From Tagaea sp. (GTDB taxonomy: Bacteria; Pseudomonadota; Alphaproteobacteria; CACIAM-22H2): DNA of 64,000 bases. Where the stretch lies: assembly GCA_965279525.1 (NCBI GenBank), contig CBDIIB010000004.1, forward strand, positions 800,001 through 864,000, given 5' to 3'. This document shows, piece after piece, positions 51,661 through 62,569 of this stretch. Position numbers and translations under genes: made by a program. Every line of letters starts with the position of its first letter. Within the stretch, counting starts at the first letter, position 1. The notes below the pieces were generated by a model that made no database searches, was not told the origin of the DNA, and saw only the letters and a program-made list of their open reading frames with translations.

Positions 51661-53022
51661 CTAGCGCTTCACCTTCTCGCGCATCAGGACGAACTCTTCG
51701 GCCGCGGTGGGATGTATCGCCACCGTGCGGTCGAAGTCCTTCTTGGTGAGGCCGGCCTTCACCGCGATGGCGATCCCCTGGATGATCTCGGGCGCATCCG
51801 CGCCTACCATGTGTACGCCGCGCACGCGACCGGTCGCGGCCTCGACGACAAGCTTCATCATCGTCTTTCCCTCGCCGCCCGAGATCGTGTGCTTCATCGG
51901 CCGGAACGTCGCGCGGTAGATGTCCACACCTTCGGCACCGTAGAGGCGCTCGGCCTCGCCCTGCGACAAGCCGACCGTGCCGACGGGCGGCTGGCTGAAC
52001 ACCGCGGACGGCACGTCGCCATGATCCATCGACATCGGATTGGCGTTGAAGAGGGTTTCGGCAAGTCCCCGCCCCTCGGCGATTGCCACCGGCGTGAGGT
52101 TGAGCCGGTTGGTCACGTCGCCGATCGCGTAAATGCCGGGCACGGTCGTCTGCTGCCATTCGTCGACCGCTATCGCCCCGCGCTTGTCGAGATGCACGCC
52201 GACTTCCTCGAGACCCATGTCGCGCGTGTTGGGTACGCGGCCCGTCGCGTACATGATCTTGTCGGCCTCGAGCGTGCCGCCGCTTTCAAGCACGGCGCGG
52301 TCGCCCGACGCGGCGCGCTCGATGCGCGCGATCTTCTCGCCCGTGCGGATGGCGATGCCCTGCTTCGCCAGTTCCGCCGTCAGATGGTCGCGAATATCCT
52401 CGTCGAAGCCGCGCAGGATCTTGTCGCCGCGGATGACGAGGGTGACCTCGGAGCCTGCCGCACGGAAGATGCCCGCGAACTCGACCGCGATGAAGCCGCC
52501 GCCCACGATGACGACGCGACGCGGCAGTGAAGGCAGGTCAAGCGCCTCGTCCGACGTGATCGTGTGCTCGATGCCGGGAATTTCCGGACGTTCCGGCCGG
52601 CCACCCGACGCGATCAGGATGTACTTGGCCGTGACGGTACGCCCGCCGATCTCGACCGTGTGCGCGTCCTTCAGGCGTGCGTGGCCAAGCATGGTCTCGA
52701 CCTTGGCACCCGACAGCAGGTTCTTGTAGATGCCTTCGAGCCGATCGGTTTCGCGGTTCTTGGCTGCGACGAGCTTGCCCCAGTCCAGAGACCCTTCGAC
52801 CGACCAGCCATAGCCGCGCGCGTCTTCCATCTCGTGCGCGAAATGGGTCCCGTAGATGAGCAGCTTCTTGGGCACGCAGCCGCGCAGCACGCATGTGCCG
52901 CCGACGCGCCAGTTCTCGGCGATGGCGACCTTCGCCCCGTAACTCGCCGCCCGACGCGAACCCGCCACGCCGCCGGAGCCAGCGCCGATCGTGAACAGGT
53001 CGTAGTCGTAGCTGCCTGTCAC
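51661..53022 (-). CDS. gor: Glutathione-disulfide reductase
   Basis: IGAGSGG, GGTCVLRGCVPKK, GGGFIAVE, LTPVAI, IHPTAAEE. Confidence 0.96.
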   Translation of the reverse strand: MTGSYDYDLFTIGAGSGGVAGSRRAASYGAKVAIAENWRVGGTCVLRGCVPKKLLIYGTHFAHEMEDARGYGWSVEGSLDWGKLVAAKNRETDRLEGIYKNLLSGAKVETMLGHARLKDAHTVEIGGRTVTAKYILIASGGRPERPEIPGIEHTITSDEALDLPSLPRRVVIVGGGFIAVEFAGIFRAAGSEVTLVIRGDKILRGFDEDIRDHLTAELAKQGIAIRTGEKIARIERAASGDRAVLESGGTLEADKIMYATGRVPNTRDMGLEEVGVHLDKRGAIAVDEWQQTTVPGIYAIGDVTNRLNLTPVAIAEGRGLAETLFNANPMSMDHGDVPSAVFSQPPVGTVGLSQGEAERLYGAEGVDIYRATFRPMKHTISGGEGKTMMKLVVEAATGRVRGVHMVGADAPEIIQGIAIAVKAGLTKKDFDRTVAIHPTAAEEFVLMREKVKR

Positions 53023-54509
53023 GAGATACCGCCCATGCAGAGGTATTTCACTTCCATGAACTCATCGAGACCGTACTTCGACCCTTCGCGCCCGATGCCG
53101 GACTCCTTGAAGCCGCCGAACGGTGCCACTTCGGTCGTGATGAGTCCGGTGTTGATCCCGACCATTCCGTATTCGAGCGCTTCGGCCACGCGCCACACGC
53201 GGCCGATGTCGCGGCCGTAGAAATAGGCCGCGAGGCCGAACTCGGTGGCGTTGGCGAGTTTGATAGCGTCTTCTTCGGTCTTGAAGCGGAACAGTGGGGC
53301 AAGCGGCCCGAATGTTTCTTCGCGCGCCACAGCCATGCGTGAATCCACGTTGGCGACGACGGTCATCTCGAAGAAATTCCCGCCGAGCGCGTGGCGCTTG
53401 CCGCCGGCGATGACCTTCGCGCCTTTAGACACGGCGTCGGCGATATGCTCCTCGATCTTCGCCACGGCCTTGCCGTCGATCAGCGGGCCGTTCGTCGCCC
53501 CGGCTTCGGTGCCGCCCGCCACCTTGAGCTTGCCGACCGCGGCCGCCAGCTTCTCGGCAAACTTATCGTAGACGGCGTCCTGCACGTAGAAGCGGTTCGC
53601 GCACACGCAGGTCTGGCCGCTGTTGCGGTATTTCGAAACGATCGCGCCCTCGACGGCGGCGTCGAGATCGGCGTCGTCGAAAACGATGAAGGGCGCGTTG
53701 CCGCCAAGCTCCAGCGACACCTTCTTCACGGTCGCGGCACTCTGCGCCATCAGCTTCTTGCCGACCTCGGTCGAGCCGGTGAAGCCGACCTTGCGCACCA
53801 GCGGATTGGACGTGATCTCGCCGCCGATCTCGCCGGCATTGCCGGTCACGACGTTGAACACGCCCTTGGGAACGCCCGCACGCTCGGCAAGCTCGGCCAG
53901 CGCCAGAGCGGAATACGGCGTCTGGCTCGCCGGCTTCAGCACGACCGTGCAACCCGCCGCGATCGCGGGACCGGCCTTGCGCGTGATCATGCTGCAAGGG
54001 AAGTTCCACGGCGTGATGGCGCCGACCACGCCGATGGGCTCCTTGATGACGACCAGGCGTTTGTCGGGGAACGTCGTCGGGATCGTGTCGCCATAGGCTC
54101 GCTTGGCTTCCTCGCCGAACCATTCGAGATAGGCGGCCCCGATCGTGATTTCGCCCTTCGCTTCGGCCAGTACCTTGCCCTGCTCGCTGGTCATCAGCAG
54201 CGCCAGGTCGTCGATATTCGCCATCATCAGGTCGGCCCACTTGCGCATGATGCCGGCGCGCTCCTTGCCGGTCTTCTTGCGCCAGCCAGCCCAGGCCCGG
54301 TTTGCCGCTTCGATGGCGCGACGCGTCTCGGCCGCACCCATCAGCGGTGCCGTGCCGATCGTCGCCCCCGTCGCCGGGTTGTCGACGGCGATGGTCTTCT
54401 TCGAATCCGCATCGACCCAGGCACCGTCCACGTAGCATTGCTGGCGGAAAAGCGAGGCGTCCTTGAGGGCAAGGCCGGTCGATCCGGCGGTGCGGGCGAG
54501 TTCAGTCAT
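53019..54509 (-). CDS. gabD: NAD(P)-dependent succinate-semialdehyde dehydrogenase
   Basis: ITPWNFP, FTGSTEVGK, LELGGNAP, RNSGQTCVCANR, EETFGP, GREGSKYG. Confidence 0.93.
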   Translation of the reverse strand: MTELARTAGSTGLALKDASLFRQQCYVDGAWVDADSKKTIAVDNPATGATIGTAPLMGAAETRRAIEAANRAWAGWRKKTGKERAGIMRKWADLMMANIDDLALLMTSEQGKVLAEAKGEITIGAAYLEWFGEEAKRAYGDTIPTTFPDKRLVVIKEPIGVVGAITPWNFPCSMITRKAGPAIAAGCTVVLKPASQTPYSALALAELAERAGVPKGVFNVVTGNAGEIGGEITSNPLVRKVGFTGSTEVGKKLMAQSAATVKKVSLELGGNAPFIVFDDADLDAAVEGAIVSKYRNSGQTCVCANRFYVQDAVYDKFAEKLAAAVGKLKVAGGTEAGATNGPLIDGKAVAKIEEHIADAVSKGAKVIAGGKRHALGGNFFEMTVVANVDSRMAVAREETFGPLAPLFRFKTEEDAIKLANATEFGLAAYFYGRDIGRVWRVAEALEYGMVGINTGLITTEVAPFGGFKESGIGREGSKYGLDEFMEVKYLCMGGIS

Positions 54510-54545
54510 CGGAATTCTCCAGTCGGACGGAAGGGAAGTGCGAGA

Positions 54546-56369
<1,824 letters not shown>

Positions 56370-56371
56370 GC

Positions 56372-57757
56372 CTATTTGCCCTTCTTCTTTGCCGCTTTTT
56401 CCGCCGAACGGCGGTCGCGGAATTTCTTTGCCCAGCCAGGCGATGTCGCCGGCCGGCCACGCGCCACGACAAGCGCGTCCGCCGCAACGTCCTGCGTCAC
56501 GACGGACCCCGCCGCGACAAGCGCGCCGTCGCCGATCTTCACGGGTGCGACAAGCGCGCTGTTCGACCCGATGAAGGCGCCCGCCCCGATATCCGTGTGG
56601 AATTTCTCGAAACCGTCGTAGTTGCAGGTGATAGTCCCCGCCCCGACATTCGCCTTGGCCCCGACACGTGCGTCGCCGATGTAGCTGAGGTGATTGACCT
56701 TGGCGCCCGCTTCGACCGTGGCGTTCTTGATCTCGACGAAGTTGCCGACATGCGCGTCGACGCCGATGGCGGCACCCGGGCGCAGGCGCGCGAAGGGTCC
56801 GACGATGGCCCCGTCTGCGACATCCGCACCTTCGAAATGGCAGAAACCCTTGATCGTCGCGCCGCTGCCGATCCGGGTTCCGGGGCCGAAATGCACTGAC
56901 GGATGAACGATCGTGTCGGCACCGATGACGGTGTCGTGGCTGAACCAGACCGAACTCGGATCGACCAGCGTCACGCCCGCAAGCATCGCGGCCTTGCGCG
57001 CGCGCGCCTGGAAGACGGCTTCGAGGGCGGCGAGCTCGACGCGATCATTGGCGGCAAGCCAGTCTTCCGCAGATCCTTCCACCGCGCGTGCCGCATGGCC
57101 GGCCTTGCGCGCCAGCGCCACGGCATCGGTGAGGTAGAGCTCCTTTTGCGCGTTGTTCGGTTCGATGCGCCCGAGGAGATCGAAAAATCCGGCCCCGGCG
57201 AACGCCATCACGCCGGTATTCACGAGGTCGACCTTCCGTTCCGCGGGCGTCGCGTCCTTCGCTTCGACGATGCGCTCGAGCGCACCGTCGGGAGTCGTCA
57301 CCATCCGGCCGTAGGGCCCCGGGTCGGCAAGCCGCACGCCGAGCACGCAGACCGCCGGCCGCTCGGCACCGCGCAGGCCCTCGCGCAGACGGCGGAAAGT
57401 CGCGGCGGACACGAAAGGCGCATCGCCGAGTGCGACCAGGATGTCGCCCGCGAACCCGTCGAGCAGCGCCTTGGCCTGCAGGGCTGCGTGGCCGGTGCCA
57501 CGCCGGTCATGCTGGACGACCGCATCGATCCGCAGTCCCGGTGCGGCCGCACGCGCGGAAGCCAGCACCGCGTCCATGTCCGGGCCGACGACCAGCACCA
57601 CGCGCAAGGCCCCGAGGCCGGCCAGTTCGGCCGCGATGTGGCCGATCAGCGAGCGTCCACCCACTTCGTGCAGCACCTTGGGGTGCTTCGATTTCATCCG
57701 CGTGCCCTGGCCGGCGGCCAGGACGATGACGGCAAGATCGTTGTCGGGCGATGCCAT
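56372..57757 (-). CDS. glmU: Bifunctional UDP-GlcNAc diphosphorylase / glucosamine-1-P acetyltransferase
   Basis: LAAGQGTRMKS..PKVLH, GTGHA, ELYLTD, GPFARLRP, GNFVEIK, ITCNYDG. Confidence 0.97.
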   Translation of the reverse strand: MASPDNDLAVIVLAAGQGTRMKSKHPKVLHEVGGRSLIGHIAAELAGLGALRVVLVVGPDMDAVLASARAAAPGLRIDAVVQHDRRGTGHAALQAKALLDGFAGDILVALGDAPFVSAATFRRLREGLRGAERPAVCVLGVRLADPGPYGRMVTTPDGALERIVEAKDATPAERKVDLVNTGVMAFAGAGFFDLLGRIEPNNAQKELYLTDAVALARKAGHAARAVEGSAEDWLAANDRVELAALEAVFQARARKAAMLAGVTLVDPSSVWFSHDTVIGADTIVHPSVHFGPGTRIGSGATIKGFCHFEGADVADGAIVGPFARLRPGAAIGVDAHVGNFVEIKNATVEAGAKVNHLSYIGDARVGAKANVGAGTITCNYDGFEKFHTDIGAGAFIGSNSALVAPVKIGDGALVAAGSVVTQDVAADALVVARGRPATSPGWAKKFRDRRSAEKAAKKKGK

Positions 57758-57848
57758 GCGTGCGATATCCCTTCCGATTGCGCGGGCACCTTTCCATACA
57801 GCGCCCGTCCGGCGAAATCACGAATTGTTGCGAGCGGTTACGGATCAC

Positions 57849-58508
57849 ATGAAGCACAGGTTCAATGCCCGGGCCATCGTCTTCGATCTCGACGGCACGC
57901 TTGTCGATTCGGCCGGCGATATCGTCGCCGCCCTCGATACGCTGCTGGTCGAGCGCGGCAGACCTGCCGTCGGACCTGTCGCCGGCCGCGCCATGATCGG
58001 GGACGGTGCGCGCGTTCTGATCGAGCGCGGATTCGCCGCGACCGGCGGGCCCGTCGCCGACATCGATCAGGCGCTGAAGCGCTGGTTCGAGATCTATTCG
58101 GCCGACATCGCCCGGCATTCGCACCCCTATCCCGGCGTTCGCGAGACGCTGGCCGAGTTCCGCCGGCGCGGCCTGCCGCTTGGCGTCTGCACGAACAAGG
58201 CCGATGCGCCCTCGCGTCTGCTCCTCGCCGAGCTCGATCTTGCATCCCCATTTGCCGTCGTCGTCGGCGGCGACGTGGCGCACCGGAAGCCCGACCCGCG
58301 CCACATCCTCGATACGCTCGCTGCCCTTGGCGTGGCGCCGGCCGCAGCCCTGATGGTCGGCGATTCCCCCAACGACGCGAAGGCCGCACAGGCCGCCGGC
58401 GTGCCCGTCGTGATCGTCGACTACGGCTATAGCCACCTGCCCGTGGACGAACTGGGCGCCGATGCGGTTATCTCCGACTTCAGGCAACTGCTGGAGCTCG
58501 TCGAATGA
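57849..58508 (+). CDS. gph: Phosphoglycolate phosphatase (HAD)
   Basis: FDLDGTLVDS, CTNK, KPDP, MVGDS.ND, YGY; divergent from glmU as is common in alphaproteobacteria. Confidence 0.9.
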   Translation: MKHRFNARAIVFDLDGTLVDSAGDIVAALDTLLVERGRPAVGPVAGRAMIGDGARVLIERGFAATGGPVADIDQALKRWFEIYSADIARHSHPYPGVRETLAEFRRRGLPLGVCTNKADAPSRLLLAELDLASPFAVVVGGDVAHRKPDPRHILDTLAALGVAPAAALMVGDSPNDAKAAQAAGVPVVIVDYGYSHLPVDELGADAVISDFRQLLELVE

Positions 58509-58963
58509 TTCCGAATCTGGCCGACAACGAGTCCATCTCCCACCTGATCCAGATCGCCATTGCGCCGGTCTTCCTGCTCAACGGCCTTGGCATATTGCTC
58601 AACGTCTTCACGGGCCGCCTGGCACGCGTCGTCGACCGGATGCGGATTGCCGCCAACCAGATCCGGGCCATTACCGACGAGGCGCGCCGCCCGCAGCTCG
58701 AACGAGAACTTGCCTACCAGCGCCGCCGGCTGACGATCGTCAACGGTGCCATAGCACTCGTCGCCATTTCGGCATTCTTGACCTGTTGTGCGATCCTGGC
58801 ACTGTTCGTCGGCGGCCTCGCACGCGCCAACCAGTCGCCCCTGCCGCTCGGCCTTTTCGCGGCGGCCGTCATCGCGGTCATCGCCGCATTGGGGCTTTTC
58901 CTTGCCGAAGTGCGCGTCTCGGGCAGGGCGCTGGCCGCCGAGACGGACGACCTGAAAACCTGA
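58505..58963 (+). CDS. DUF2721-like membrane protein
   Basis: IQIAIAPVFLL, RLARVVDRMR, FLAEVR; ATGA overlap with gph. Confidence 0.8.
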   Translation: MIPNLADNESISHLIQIAIAPVFLLNGLGILLNVFTGRLARVVDRMRIAANQIRAITDEARRPQLERELAYQRRRLTIVNGAIALVAISAFLTCCAILALFVGGLARANQSPLPLGLFAAAVIAVIAALGLFLAEVRVSGRALAAETDDLKT

Positions 58964-58971
58964 CGGAACCG

Positions 58972-59802
58972 TCAGTCGATCGCTGCGGCCTGCCCGACAT
59001 ATCGCACTTCGCGCAGATGGCCGACGACCGTGCCGAACCATGCCTCGAACTCGATCCGCACGGGCGCCTTGGCGGATCCGGCACCGAATTCGGCCATGTA
59101 GGCCCGCCCTGAACGCCGGTCGCCGTCGGCGCGGGCCGGCACGCCCGGCCGGCGCAGACGGCCGGCGATCGGGACCCAGTGGAATTCGCAGATCCGTGCC
59201 TCACCGCTGAAGATCGATGCCGTATCCGACGCGACCTCGCCCATGCCGCGATCGGTGAAAACGATGTCGTAGCGCTGGCGGCCGTCGAACACCGGCGTGC
59301 GCGCGTCGCAGCCCTGCCCTTCGTTGATCCGGCGGATCACGGACATGATCGCCGACCCCGGATCGATGGCACCGCGGCGCTGTTCCGGCGTGACCTCGTC
59401 GCGATTGTCGTCCTGGTTTGTCGGAATCGCGTCGACGCGGAGCAGTTCGCCATCGCGATAGTCCATTTCGACGCTGCGAACCTTGCCACGCGACTGGCCG
59501 TTGACGCGGAATGTCTCCGGCTGCATCCCGCTGCCGATGAAACGCCCGCGGACGTCCGTCGACGACTGCCACGGCCAGATCCAGCTCAGCACGCCGGCGG
59601 ACGCCTGGCGCGTCGAGATGCTGTAATTGTTGCCCACGACGCCGAATTCCAGGGACATCCCGGCGATGCGACCGCCTGCGAACACGTCGTATACGAGTTC
59701 GACGCGATCACCCGGAACCCAGGCGTGACTCTCCTGCCCGACAGCCGGACCAGCCGCCGCCAGGACGAGTGCAAACCCGAATGCCGCCTGCAGATTCGCC
59801 AT
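58972..59802 (-). CDS. DUF3108-like exported protein
   Basis: Signal peptide; YDVFAGG, AIDP, PVFDGRQRYDI, PVRIE...FG. Confidence 0.78.
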   Translation of the reverse strand: MANLQAAFGFALVLAAAGPAVGQESHAWVPGDRVELVYDVFAGGRIAGMSLEFGVVGNNYSISTRQASAGVLSWIWPWQSSTDVRGRFIGSGMQPETFRVNGQSRGKVRSVEMDYRDGELLRVDAIPTNQDDNRDEVTPEQRRGAIDPGSAIMSVIRRINEGQGCDARTPVFDGRQRYDIVFTDRGMGEVASDTASIFSGEARICEFHWVPIAGRLRRPGVPARADGDRRSGRAYMAEFGAGSAKAPVRIEFEAWFGTVVGHLREVRYVGQAAAID

Positions 59803-59875
59803 CGAACCCCCGGGTAAAACTAACACACCGATGGATATGTGTCGTGGGAATGGAAATGGAAGCCCGGACGCTTCC

Positions 59876-59904
59876 TTGACACCCGGAAATCACCCGCTTA
59901 TACC
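59876..59904 (+). promoter_or_regulatory. Sigma70 promoter of tRNA-Val (TTGACA-N17-TATACC)
   Basis: Consensus -35 and 17-nt spacer ending about 20 nt before the tRNA. Confidence 0.7.
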
Positions 59905-59924
59905 CCGCATCCACGAACCGGATC

Positions 59925-59999
59925 GGGCGCTTAGCTCAGCGGCAGAGCACGGCTTTCACACGGCCGGGGTCGTAGGTTCAATCCCTACAGCGCCCACCA
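59925..59999 (+). tRNA. tRNA-Val(CAC)
   Basis: GGGCGCT acceptor stem; GCTC/GAGC D-stem; anticodon arm CGGCT-TTCACAC-GGCCG; GTAGG-TTCAATC-CCTAC; CCA end. Confidence 0.96.
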
Positions 60000-60051
60000 G
60001 TTCGTCTCCCTGATTTTCAATGTCATCCAGCAGGCCGCCGGCGGTGGCCGG

Positions 60052-60066
60052 TTAACACTTGATTCA
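60052..60066 (+). promoter_or_regulatory. CtrA-like box (TTAA-N7-TTCA) upstream of the small hypothetical gene
   Basis: TTAACACTTGATTCA followed about 9 nt later by GCCAAGAT; same layout as upstream of the MCP gene. Confidence 0.4.
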
Positions 60067-60120
60067 TCCCTTCTCGCCAAGATGCGGGCACGTCCCGACA
60101 CCCCCCGATTCGACCGAGAA

Positions 60121-60456
60121 ATGACCGACACACTCATCAACGACCGCATCTACATCGGCTCCAATTCCGTCGCCCAGTGGTTCGTCACGCTGGGCGACAG
60201 CGAAAGCAAGCCGTGCCTGGTCGCCCACCAGGTCTTCATCGACGCACCCAAGCAGATGAATGCGGTCGCGCGCCAGTTGGCGAGCGGGCGGCTGTTCTTC
60301 TCGCTCAAGCAACTCGAAACGCTGATGCAGATCCGCCACGGCGTCGAGGTGTCGCTTGCGGACAGCGATCGCATGCGGATCGACCGCCATATGCGCGGCA
60401 TTACGCCGACTGCGGCGATTTCCGGAACGCCGGGTTCCACACCTTCCGCTGCCTGA
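60121..60456 (+). CDS. Hypothetical protein (111 aa)
   Basis: ATG after GAGAA; typical codon usage; globular-looking N-terminal 90 aa; no recognised motif. Confidence 0.7.
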   Translation: MTDTLINDRIYIGSNSVAQWFVTLGDSESKPCLVAHQVFIDAPKQMNAVARQLASGRLFFSLKQLETLMQIRHGVEVSLADSDRMRIDRHMRGITPTAAISGTPGSTPSAA

Positions 60457-60520
60457 GCGCGCTTGACGCGCAACCTTTCGCACCCCAACTTCGAACCGGG
60501 TCCGAACTCAGGAGGTCGCG

Positions 60521-61189
60521 ATGTTCGCGTTCATGCGCAAAAAGGCCGTCATGCCGCTCCCCGGGGACGCCCCGCAGGGCCGAACGGCCCGCATGCCCGT
60601 TCCTGCCAAGCATTTCGTCAACAGCCAGCCCCTCCAGCCGCCCCACCCGGCGGGCATGATGCCGGCCATGTTCGGGCTTGGTTGCTTCTGGGGTGCCGAG
60701 CGCAAGTTCTGGCAGCTTGCCGGCGTCCACGTCACTGCGGTCGGGTATGCGGGCGGTTTCACGCCAAATCCGACCTACGAGGAAGTCTGCAGCGGCGCCA
60801 CCGGCCACAACGAGGTCGTCCACGTCGTGTACGACCCGTCAAAGCTGGGTTACGACGCCCTGCTGAAGGCGTTCTGGGAGTCGCACGATCCGACCCAGGG
60901 CATGCGCCAAGGCAACGACGTCGGCACACAGTATCGCTCGGGCATCTATACGTTCTCGCCCGAACAGCATGCGACGGCGCTCGCATCCAAAGCAGCCTAT
61001 GAACCGCTGCTCGCCAAGGCAGGTCTCGATCCGATCACCACGGAGATCGTCGCGGCACCCGAGTTTTTTTACGCCGAGGCGTATCACCAGCAGTATCTCG
61101 CCAAGAATCCCGACGGCTATTGCGGACTTGGCGGGACGGGCGTGGCTTGCCCGATCGGTACCGGCGTGAAGTCGGCTGCGGTGGGCTGA
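60521..61189 (+). CDS. msrA: Peptide-methionine (S)-S-oxide reductase MsrA
   Basis: [44 protein letters not shown]; SD AGGAGG. Confidence 0.97.
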   Translation: MFAFMRKKAVMPLPGDAPQGRTARMPVPAKHFVNSQPLQPPHPAGMMPAMFGLGCFWGAERKFWQLAGVHVTAVGYAGGFTPNPTYEEVCSGATGHNEVVHVVYDPSKLGYDALLKAFWESHDPTQGMRQGNDVGTQYRSGIYTFSPEQHATALASKAAYEPLLAKAGLDPITTEIVAAPEFFYAEAYHQQYLAKNPDGYCGLGGTGVACPIGTGVKSAAVG

Positions 61190-61371
61190 GCGACTGGAGC
61201 TCGCGGGATTGCGTAATGCAAATCCTTGGCAAACTTTAGGAAATAACGCGAACTTATCGACACGTGAGTGACAGCCGTCACCGCAATTTGCGTGACTTCC
61301 ACCTACAAATTCCGCAAATCTTGCAATGCACACTGGCGAATCCATTTTCGCCACGAGTTGCGTATTGGGCC

Positions 61372-62565
61372 ATGTCGGAAACCGAACTCGAAGACGTAAA
61401 AAAGTATCTCGCGGCAACGAAGGCAGCACTTGCCGGCGCACCGCAGAAACCGCACGACCTGTCCCACAAGAACCTCGCGAAAGCGAATTTCGAGGGACGG
61501 TCGATGGCGCGGGCGCGCCTGATGGGATCCAACTTGAGCGAGGCGCGGCTGGCGCGCACCGAACTCACGGAAGCCGATCTTTTCGGCGCCAACCTCACCT
61601 TTGCCGACATGAACGGCGCCAATCTCAGCGGTGCCGTGCTGCGCGGGGCCGCCCTCAAGGGCGCCAACATGAACGGCGCAAATCTGTCCGGCGCCGATTT
61701 CCGCGGCGGCGTGATGATGGGCGCTTCGGGTTCCGGGCGCATCGGTCTCGACGTGACCGACCTGACGGACTGCCTTGCGGAATACGCGACCGCCTCGCGG
61801 GCCCAGATGGCCGGCGTCGACCTGTCGGGCGCCAGCTTCCTGGGTGCCAATCTCGAGGGTGCAATCCTGTTCGGTGCCAATCTCGCCAACACCAACCTTG
61901 CCTACGCCAACCTGCGCGGCGCCGATCTTTCGGATGCGCGCATGGGCAAGACCTCGCTGATCGGCGCCGACCTGTCCGGCGCCAAGCTCGCCAACGCGAA
62001 AGCCGATGGCGCCGATTTTTCCGGCGCCAGGATGTCCGCAGCCGAGACCAAGAATCTCGACCTTTCGAGATCCATCATCGCGGCAAAGCCGCCGCTGCTC
62101 GGGCGGGACAAGCTGCCTGGGCCTCTACGCACGGCACTCGACAATCATGCCGAGTGGCTCGCCTCGGTCGGGCGGAAGGGTAGCCCCGCCGTCCTCGAAG
62201 GCGCCGATTTCAGCCATTTCGACCTGTCGGGCATCGACCTCAGCGGTGCGGTGCTGCGCAAGGCGCGATTCATCGGCACGCGACTGGCGGGTGCCATCCT
62301 TCTGTTGACGAACCTGCGCAGCGCCGATTTTTTCCATGCCGACCTGAGCGGCGCCAAGCTCCACGGGGCGATGTTCGACGGTGCCAAGATGCGCGAGACG
62401 GAGCTGTCGGACGCGATCGCCGGCACGCTGCCGATCTCGAACAGCGACGGAACGCAATCGACCCGCGCTCAGCCGACGAGCTTCATGCACGCCGACCTGA
62501 CCGGCGCACGCGTCAAGGGCTTCAATATCGGTCACGCCAATACCGAAGGCGCGCGACTTCCCTGA
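61372..62565 (+). CDS. Pentapeptide repeat-containing protein
   Basis: Extensive A(D/N)L(S/x)G repeats in two blocks separated by a helical linker ALDNHAEWLASVGRKG. Confidence 0.92.
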   Translation: MSETELEDVKKYLAATKAALAGAPQKPHDLSHKNLAKANFEGRSMARARLMGSNLSEARLARTELTEADLFGANLTFADMNGANLSGAVLRGAALKGANMNGANLSGADFRGGVMMGASGSGRIGLDVTDLTDCLAEYATASRAQMAGVDLSGASFLGANLEGAILFGANLANTNLAYANLRGADLSDARMGKTSLIGADLSGAKLANAKADGADFSGARMSAAETKNLDLSRSIIAAKPPLLGRDKLPGPLRTALDNHAEWLASVGRKGSPAVLEGADFSHFDLSGIDLSGAVLRKARFIGTRLAGAILLLTNLRSADFFHADLSGAKLHGAMFDGAKMRETELSDAIAGTLPISNSDGTQSTRAQPTSFMHADLTGARVKGFNIGHANTEGARLP

Positions 62566-62569
62566 ATGC

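Noticed and set aside
59925-60120. tRNA-Val as an island boundary, and a possible TCA (Sec/suppressor) anticodon reading
   Set aside because: No integrase or att repeat is visible. Correct folding gives stem CGGCT/GGCCG with loop TTCACAC, so the anticodon is CAC (Val).
61372-62565. Qnr-type quinolone resistance gene
   Set aside because: It is about twice the length of Qnr, has an internal helical linker and no mobile context. Pentapeptide repeats alone do not imply resistance.
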